Shown one piece after another: positions 53,549 through 64,000 of a stretch of 64,000 nt of DNA (positions within the stretch are counted from its first letter, which is position 1; each line of letters starts with the position of its first letter). The stretch lies in the NCBI RefSeq assembly GCF_009914755.1, contig NC_060946.1; one strand, given 5' to 3'. The notes under the pieces are model-generated. The model saw only the letters and a program-made list of their open reading frames with translations. It made no database searches and was not told the DNA's origin. Both the position numbers and the translations under genes were made by a program. Source of the DNA: the human T2T-CHM13v2.0 reference genome, Homo sapiens.

Positions 53549-53562
53549 TTTATTGATTTATT
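53549..53562 (-). terminator. GSC2: Tandem AATAAA signals, likely GSC2 3' end
   Basis: tttatt at 53549-53554 and 53557-53562; first canonical signals I found downstream of the GSC2 stop. Confidence 0.6.
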
Positions 53563-55530
53563 GATAAACAGTAAAACTGACTTCCTGTCAGCCTGGGTAT
53601 AGTGGATGATCAGGAGAGGGAGGGGTCCAGGGACCAGTTTCGGGTGGGCGGCTAGCTCTCTGGCTCATGTGCCTGGTTTGCACAGAAGAGCTCACTGTGG
53701 ACAAGGTGACCTTAAGGAGTCTGTGGGCTTCAAGGGGACAGCTGGAGATAAATACCTGGCTCAGGGGAAGTGCCTGGCTTGAGATGTAAATGTGGCAGAA
53801 AGATGGGAATTGGAGTCTGAGGGTAAAAGATAAACCGGGAAGAGGGTGAAGATGAGAAGCGAGCGCCTGGGTGTGAGCGTGAAGGATGCCTATGTTAATA
53901 GCCTGCTGTGGGGGGTCAGCCTGCCAAGGAGCAGCTAGAGCTCAAGAAGCAAATTCAGGAGAGCAACACAGCCACTGAGCCCTGGAAGGTGGCGCTCCAC
54001 AAGCTCTGATCGGGGCTCCCAAAACAATGACAGATGGCCATTCAACCAAGGAACTCAAGGGGCCTGGAGCCTGTGAGATGCGAGTGTCCCCAGCTGCAAG
54101 GGAGCTGACTGGGACACGGGCATGTCCACAGGTAGTCTGTTCAGTCCCCAAGGGCAAGACCAGGGTTCAGGGAGAAGGGCTTTGTGTGCATGCTAGGGGT
54201 GGAGGCAGGGATGCTAGGGACACCCAGCAGTGTCAGGGAAGTTCTGACTGGGGACACCATGCTTGCTTGGTGTTATCCAAGCTGGCCAGCCTTGGGGTGT
54301 CTGGGGAGCTGCAGCCCTGGCTTCTGCAGTCCTGCTTTTAGAGATGGACTTCATCTCTTGCAGGTAGAATGGCCCCATTCCCTGCAGGGCCTGTAAGGAG
54401 ACAGAACGAGGTGCTCAAGCCAGCTGGGGGTGGGGATGTGAGATGCTTTGGACCCACTGTAGGGCCTACTTGGGGAATCTAAGGCTTCTTTCCACTGTGC
54501 CTTTTGCCATGGGCCAGGATAAAGAAGGGGAGGGCAGGCATCTTCCCAGGCAGCAGGGGCGGGGTCTCCCCAGTCCAACCTCCTCTTGCCCTACCCTAGG
54601 ATGGCACAGATTGCTGTGAGGGAGTCCGAACCCACAGCATGAAAACCCCAGGAGGAAGCAGGGGACCCTCACCCATGGGCAGGTTCACAGTAGCCTAGAG
54701 GCCAGGGCTGGACCCCAGGGGTCCAAGGCCACCATCCGTGGAGCAGTCCCCTCTGCTGGGGAGCACCCTGGTGCAGAGACTGAGGATCGCTGAGCTGTGC
54801 TCCTCTCAAAGACAGCTGTACCCTAAATACCCCCTCGCTGGGAAGGAAGAAGAAGGGACAGCTCCTTGTTGGGTGTGGGAGTGGAGCCAAGGTGGACTTG
54901 AGACTCTGGGCGGCTTCTGTGGTATTTGAAGTTGCTAGTTTCTCAGTATCAGCGCGAGGCTCGAAGGTGAAGGGACTGTGGAGGGGCTCCTGGAATCGCT
55001 CCTGCGACCTTCTTATTCTACAGGTCCAGATACCAAGACCCAGCCCAGGGCCTGGGAAGCCTGCAACGCCAGGACTGCACAGACACGAACCCCATCCCCT
55101 CTCCCGCTGGGGGAGGACGAGCCAGGTCAAGTTAGGTCAATGTCCACATTGAGAAGAGGGTGGCCAGCATGTCCCAGGGTGCGGAGAGACGCTCCACTGC
55201 GTAGGATTCTGGGTCCCGTGTTGATACGGAGTGGTTCCCCTCCTGCGGTGGAGTTAGTGTCTCTCGGGGGGTAGGGAGCTGAGGAAACTGCTCTATGCCC
55301 CAGCCCACCCCCAAGGGACTCGCCACTCCCACTGCCGTGGAACACCAAGCACCGGGGGCCCGTCCCCAGCGCCACGGCAGCACGAGCTGCAAGAGGCAAG
55401 GGCTGTGGAGACGGGTGGAGGCGGCCGGTGTACTCTCCCAGCTCCTTTTCGGGTAGACCTGTCTTCTCTCAGCGCCAACTCCAAAGATCCCAAAAAGGGT
55501 GGCCGAGCCCAGGGGCAGCTCCTAGAGTCA

Positions 55531-55635
55531 TCAGCAGCTCCCCTTCGGGGACTTCTTGACGCCGGGCAGGAGCCTCGCGGAAGCCGACGCGCGCTTCTGG
55601 TGTCGCCATTTGGCCCGGCGGTTCTTGAACCAGAC
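55531..55635 (-). CDS. GSC2: GSC2 exon 3 (homeodomain helix 3, K50)
   Basis: cag|VWFKNRRAKWRHQKRASASARLLPGVKKSPKGSC*; 105 nt; total 618 nt. Confidence 0.97.
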   Translation of the reverse strand, partial: VWFKNRRAKWRHQKRASASARLLPGVKKSPKGSC

Positions 55636-56202
55636 CTGGGGATGGGGGGAATGCTCAGCCCTAGCCCCAGGTCCTGCGTCCCACCGGCTCCCGAGGGTCC
55701 CACAGGGACCGAGAGGGGAGCTTCGCAACAGGGATGTGGGCGGACGGCACTGTAGAGCCGACACCCGGGCCGCGGCTGCGCGCCACCTGCCCTTATTCGC
55801 TGCGGACAGACTCGGTGGGTCTGGACGCGAGATGGGAACCCCCTTAGTACCCGCCCCAGCCTCCAGCTGGCGGCGACCAGGACGCCCCTTCTTGGGTTGC
55901 GGGCTCTTCTGAATTTCCCAAATTCTGGACGTGAACGCGCGCCTCTTTCGTCACCAGAGGAAAGTGTAAAACAAAAGAAAAGAAAAGTAGCCCTCCGGTT
56001 CCTTTCCCGCGGCACCTCCCTGCTCTCACCCGCTCCTCATACCCCCGGACGCCCAGCGCCGTCCAGGGACCTCCTCCCTCCGGCGCGCCAGGGCGGGGCT
56101 TGGGCCGAGGCCGTCTTTGCAAAGGGCGCCCGCCCGCCAGGACCCCAGTCCAGTGTAGCCGCGGCCCGCGCGCTCCGGGGAAAGGCTGGGCGGGGCACTC
56201 AC

Positions 56203-56456
56203 CTCCACGCGCTCCTCGCGAAGGCGGATGCGGCCGGCCAGGCGCTCGCGCGTACTCACGTCAGGATACTGGTTCTGCACGAAAAGCGCCTCGAGCGCCT
56301 GCAGCTGCTCTTCGCTGAAGATGGTGCGGTGGCGCCTCGTGCGCCGCTGCGAACCCGGGCCGACCGCGCCCGGGAGCGCCCCGGAACCTCCGGCTGGCGC
56401 ACCCAGAGACAAGGGCACCGCCGGTCCCAGCCTCAGCGGCCACGCCAGACGAGCGC
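56203..56456 (-). CDS. GSC2: GSC2 exon 2 (homeodomain N-part)
   Basis: cag|(G)ARLAWPLRL...[45 protein letters not shown]|gtgagt; 254 nt. Confidence 0.97.
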
Positions 56457-56564
56457 CTGCGGAGCGAGGGCGCGGTGAGGCGCGGGGCTGGGGCCAAGCT
56501 CGGCACCCACTGCGCCGCGCCCCGGGCTCCGCCGGGCCCCGCGCCCCGCTCCGCGCCCACTCAC

Positions 56565-56823
56565 CCAGCCCGGCGGCCGCCTCTGGGGGCCCGCAGGGCG
56601 CCGCGCGGGGGCCGCAGCAGCAGCAGCAGGCGCAGGGCGCAGCCTCGGGCGCCCCGGGCTCCTCTGGCTTCGCGGGGCTCTGGCAACCGGCGGGCTGCGG
56701 TGGGCAGGCGGCCCGGGCCGGGAGGCTCCGCTCGGGCAGGCTGGAGAGGATGTGCTCGATGGAGAAGGGGCAGGGCCGCCCGGCACCCCGGCGGCTCGCC
56801 GCGCCCCCAGCCGCTGCCGCCAT
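56565..56823 (-). CDS. GSC2: GSC2 (goosecoid homeobox 2) exon 1 with eh1 motif
   Basis: [28 protein letters not shown]...; eh1 FSIEHIL; donor G|gtgagt; 259 nt. Confidence 0.97.
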
Positions 56824-56855
56824 GCCCGGCCCGGCCGGGGCGCCGCCGCCGCGGG

Positions 56856-56953
56856 AATATATACGTCGGGGAGGGAGCGCGCAGTAATCCCCGGGCCGGG
56901 CGTCCAGTCCACGCGGGTTAATCCCGCAGCGCCGGCCGCGAACGCGCTAATCC
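56856..56953 (-). promoter_or_regulatory. GSC2: GSC2 core promoter: TATA-like TATATATT (56863-56856) and three TAATCC sites
   Basis: The only AT-rich words in an otherwise GC-only stretch. Confidence 0.75.
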
Positions 56954-58776
56954 TCGACTGCGGCGGCCCTGCCTCGGCGCGCGGGGGCCGGGGGCGCTGC
57001 AGAGAGGGCCCCCTGTGCCCCCCACCCCGCCCCGCGTCCTCCTGCCCCACCCGCGCCCGCCGCTCAAGCTGGCAGGGCGACCTGCGGGGAAGGGGCGGAG
57101 GGCCGCCTCGCCGCCGCCCGCGGGGCCTGGCAGCCGCTCGGAGGGCGCCCCGACCCTGGCAGCTCCCCAGAGCGCGGCGGTGCCTCCCGGCCCAGCCTGT
57201 GGTGGCTCCCCCTCGTTCGGCTGGGCCTAATTCCTCGTCCCCTCTGGGGCCCTACTGCGGCGGCTCAGCACGCCTGCAGAAGCCCGGCCTAGCCGCCCAC
57301 CCGAAACTCCTGGACCGCAGCCTCCATGGGGCCCAGCACCACCGGCAACCGCACGATCCCGCCGCGCTCGGGTCCCGAACCTGCCCGCCACCTCGGAGCC
57401 AGGGTCTCATGGCCCTGGAGGGCGTGAGAGCGCGGCAGGAAGCCTGGGCTGCCGGGTGCCCCCAGTTCCCCGTCTCCTCACCTGTGTCAAGGAGACCTCC
57501 CCGCCCCTTCCGAGGCCCCTCCTCGGTGCTTCAGAGCCGCCTGTCCTCCAGCTTTCCCACTGGTCCCAGAATCCCCGCGAAAACATCCAACACTGCACCT
57601 CGCCCTTCCCCGCACTGTCACTGCCCCCCAGAAGCTGTGGGCTCCCCCTCCTCGCTCTCCGCCCAGGCCAGTCCTCTGGCCACACCGTCCTCGGTCCCTT
57701 CTGCCACAGCGCAGGTGACCCGCACTTGGCTACATTGTTTCACCCTCAGTGAAGCGGCTCCTGGCAGCGGGACCGTCACTTCAGCTTAAGACCCTTTCCT
57801 CTTGACCTTTGAAAATACAGTATGGGACTCATAGCACAGAGAAACAGACGGCCTGGCTCATACTCCGTTGTCAATTTCTGGCCGTGTGACCTCCATAGGC
57901 GTCTTCAGCCTCTGGGCTTGGCTTTCCCAATCTGTAAAGTGTAGTGACTAGGTGTGAGACGGTTAGAACCTGGCCGCCTCCCCAGGGCAATGCGTATTCC
58001 TGCGCTCCTCCCGCCGCCAGCCCCTCTGCAAGACTCTGCCATCCCCACTCTGCTATCAGTGAAAGTGCTGTGGACATCACTGTGACCGAACCTGCTGATT
58101 TAATTTCTGTCACAAGAGCTCCCACATAGGTTTCCCAGGGGTAGTCTGGAGGCTCAGTGATGAGCTGCCACCTCCATGAGTGGCTCTGTCAACCCCTCCT
58201 CCACCCACCTCTTGGTGGTAGAATGGCTGCCACAGCCCCACACTTTTCATCTCCTCCCATGGCCCTTTGGATGGCCATGGATCCCTCCTCCCTCAGCAGA
58301 CCTCCCTCACAGAACTGCATCTGGACCATCCTCCAAAATCAGAGTGCTGCTATGATGGGGGAGGCAGGGTCATTGGTCAGGAGAGCCAGCCCAACATTTG
58401 CTGAGCCCTCTTCCTCCTAGCCCTGGCCATTCCTTCATCCTTTCCCATTCTCACCCTCAATACCTATTCCAGCCTTGGAGCTCCAGACACCATCTTTGTG
58501 ACAGTGACTCACAAGTGCACCTCCAGCCTGGCCTCTCTCTCTGCTCCACGCTCTTGTTTCTGGAGCCTGCTCCACATCTCCATCTCCACTACCAATAAAG
58601 TTCTCCCAGTCACCATGCCAGAAAGGAACTCAAGGTCTTCTCAAAATCCCTTTCTTACCCTATGTTCTCCACTTTTACAAATGGGCCACTGCCCACCTGT
58701 CCATCTCTAGTGCTCATTCTCTTCTACCTATTTGCCTCTGCGTGTGCCCTGCCTCTTTACCAGTCCACCTTGGTAA

Positions 58777-59733
<957 letters not shown>

Positions 59734-59769
59734 TGAAACATGCTGGCAGGTTCTCTGATGCTGCTCCCT

Positions 59770-61250
<1,481 letters not shown>

Positions 61251-62474
61251 ACCAGAACATAAAGGGTTGCTTCACAGACACTTTCCAACAGACCAGACAG
61301 TCAAGCTGCGGGGCTGCAAGGGTGTGGAGTTCCTGACAAATTCAAAGAAGGGGCCCCCAGTTTCAAGGGAGGGGCATAAAGAGACTCTGCCTCTGTGTGG
61401 AGGGATGGAGAGGAGCAGGAGCTGGGAAACCGCCCACCCACCCACTTCCTAATCCCACACCCACCCACCTCTCTTATTATCACTCCCTGGAATTGCAGCC
61501 CAAGACAGGGATTTGGGCACCAGGGCTTCCTGAGGTGGTAGGGGAGGGCAGGGGATACAGAAGCTGCAGAAGCTCCACTGTAGCCCACAGAGGGTCGGGG
61601 TGCACAGTCTCCCCGCTCCAAGGCGGCTCCTACTTGGCCAGTGCTCCAGAGAAGGGGCCTGCTGTGAGTGACCTTCTAAGGTCAGCTGCAGGTGGAGGGC
61701 TCCAGGTGAGGCTAAGGGTGGTTCCTATAGCCCTGCAGAGCTCTGCTCCCCTGGCTTCTTGGGCTAAGTCCATTCCATTCAGATGCAGGGAACAGGAAGT
61801 CTGATTGGTCACAGCTGCTGGGCAGGTGTACAGGAGGAAGGTTGGTGGGGCCAGCAGTTGCCCCTGCTGCATGAGTTGGTCCTGAGGTTGTAACTGAGGA
61901 TCATCCCCTCCCCATTCCTTCCCTTTTCAGGGCTCCCTCTCCTGGAGCTGGAAGCACTTCTGAAGGTCTGGGTGGCTCACCTGGCGGGCTGATCCAGGTC
62001 CTCCTCCTCGAGGGGTCTGATCCCCTGGGTGCCAGCCCGTGGCAGGCTGCAGTGCTCTAGTGGCCCATTGACAGGGAGGGCTGGGCATGGGAGCATCACA
62101 GGACATCCAGGGGATGCCCGGAAGATGGAACATTCCTCCCGGTCCCCAGTATGAGCTGGGGTGGGTACCTGGGCCAGCGTGGGGACTCCTTTGCTTGCTG
62201 GCACAAGGAGGCTAGAGTGACTGGGCCACTGTCATAATTTATGTTTCATGCAACCCTTACCATGACCCTGGTGATGGCGCTCCCCGCCTCCCACCCCGAC
62301 AGACCCAGAACCTAAAGTTGTGAGCTTGGGAACACAACCACTCCAGGGGGATTACCAGGAATCCTGGGGAACGAAGCACCCCTGGGTCTCAGACCACTGC
62401 ATTCACCCACGGAAGCAGCACTCATCACCCTGGAGCTTCAGGTACTTCTCTTGATGTCCTCATCTCCTAACATC

Positions 62475-62606
62475 CTTCCTCTTCCTCCCCCTCCCCTCCC
62501 CTCCCCTCCCCCTCCCCTCCCTCCTTCCCCTCCCCCCTCCCCTCCCCCTCCCCTCCCCCTCCCCTCCCCCTCCCCCTCCTCCTCCTCCTTCTTCTTCTCC
62601 TTCTTC

Positions 62607-62637
<31 letters not shown>

Positions 62638-62930
62638 ATTTTCCAAGACAGAGTCTCACTCTGTCACCCAGGCTGGAGTGCAGCAGTGTGATCTTGGCTC
62701 ACTGCAGCCTGCCTCTGCCTTCCAGGTTCAAGCAATTCTTGTGCCTCAGCCACCTGAGTAGCTGGATTCCAGGCATGCACTGACATACCCGGCTAATTTT
62801 TTGTATTTTTAATAGAGATGGGGTTTCACCATGTTGCCCAGCCTGGTCTCGAACTCCTGACCTCAGGTGATCTGCCCATCTCAGCCTCCCAAAGTGCTGG
62901 GATTACAGGAGTGAGCTACTGCACCAGGCC
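62475..62930 (-). mobile_element. Reverse Alu with tail expanded to a pyrimidine tract (62475-62640)
   Basis: TSD ctcatctc(c/t)taac(a/t)tc at 62459 and 62931 encloses tract plus Alu. Confidence 0.9.
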
Positions 62931-63265
62931 CTCATCTCTTAACTTCTAATCTTGCTCTGTCCAGGTCCCTGAACCAACCAGCTCAACTATTTGCTACTGC
63001 TAGTGGGTCTTGCAGGTTCTGCCTTTGCAGAGTGGATGGCACAGTGCTCACAGAAACTCTGCCGTTTGGGAGTCTTTGCCCTCATGCTCCACTGCCGTTC
63101 AGGGCTGCCTGAGTGAGCTGTGGGGCAGATGTCATAAGTGAGGCCACATGGGATGGCAGTCACCTGCTTTCACAGCTTACGTGTGTCCTCTGGACTTGCT
63201 GAGAGCTGATCCTCGTAATGCCACTTCTGTTGTGTGGATGGTTGGTACCTTGAGACCTGGTGGCT

Positions 63266-63891
63266 TGGCCAAGCACAGTGGCTCACGCCTGTAATCCCAG
63301 CACTTTGGGAGGCCGAGGCAGGAGGATTGCTTGAGCTCAGGAGTTGGAGACCAGCCTGGGCAACATAGCAAGACCTTGTCTCTACAATAAATAAAAAAAT
63401 CAGCTGGGCGTGGTGGCATGTGCTTGGGGTCCCAGCTACTCAGAAGGCTAAAGCGAGCGGATCGCCTGAAAGATCGCCTGAACGAGTTCGAGGCTGCAGT
63501 GAGCCGAGATCAAACCACTGCACTTCAGCCTGAGTAACAGAACAAGACCCTGTCTCAAAAAATAAAATAAATAAAGCCTGGCACGGTGGCTCATGCCTGT
63601 AATCCCAGCACTCTGGGAGGACAAGGTGGGTGGATTACCTGAGGTCAGGAGTACCAGACCAGCCTGGCCAACATGGTGAAACCCCGTCTCTACTAAAAAT
63701 ACAAAAATTAGCTGGGCGTGGTGGCAGGCATCTATAATCCGAGCTACTCGGGAGGCTGAGGCTGGAGAATCGCTTTAACCCAGGAGGCTAAGTTGCAGTG
63801 AGCCAAGATCACACCAGTGCACTCCAGCCTAGGTAACAGAGCGAGACTGTGTCTCAAAATAAAATAAAATAATAAAATAAAATAAATAAAA
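63266..63891 (+). mobile_element. Two tandem Alus
   Basis: Alu motifs, (AAAT)n/(AAAAT)n tails. Confidence 0.93.
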
Positions 63892-64000
63892 GACCCAGTG
63901 GGTGTCTCTGACAATACCCAGCTCTAATGAGCCTTCTGGTCACTCAGTAGCCCATCGTCAGATGCCCAGTTCCTGCCAGGGCCCAGAAACGTGGAAGGAG

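Larger units (their letters stand above)
55150..57600. promoter_or_regulatory. GSC2: CpG island spanning GSC2
   Basis: Very high GC and CpG density across the whole gene and upstream. Confidence 0.88.

Noticed and set aside
56614-56630. (CAG)5 run encoding poly-Cys in GSC2
   Set aside because: Too short to suggest an unstable expansion
56752-57789. 345-aa + strand ORF and other long ORFs in the GSC2 CpG island
   Set aside because: Non-ATG start, low-complexity Pro/Arg/Ala/Gly content expected from stop-poor GC-rich DNA

Overview
Human (or very closely related great-ape) genomic DNA from the proximal 22q11.21 DiGeorge critical region, identified from the encoded proteins. Positions 1-28.7 kb are Alu/L1-dense intron 1 of DGCR2 (minus strand). 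DGCR2 coding exon 1 is at 28734-28812 in a CpG-island promoter. It is followed by a MER4-type LTR, the 5'-deleted kinase pseudogene TSSK1A (+, ~31482-32284), a second ERV1-type LTR, and the intronless kinase TSSK2 (+, 38014-39090). Next come all 10 coding exons of ESS2/DGCR14 (minus, 1431 nt = 476 aa, splice phases checked by hand) and the 3-exon K50 homeobox gene GSC2 (minus, 618 nt = 205 aa). The window ends in an Alu/MaLR-rich flank. Most ORFs in the supplied track are Alu or GC-rich shadow frames. I did not find a convincingly new biological system. The best leads are: a 122-bp direct duplication flanking TSSK1A; the TSSK2-like mosaic kinase domain of TSSK1A; an LTR-derived poly(A) signal candidate that would let ESS2 RNA cover TSSK2 in antisense; a stop-abutting uORF on DGCR2; a candidate intronic terminal exon of DGCR2; and a ~41-bp minisatellite whose units resemble splice-site cassettes. 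Repeat family names and boundaries are from memory of consensus sequences and are approximate.
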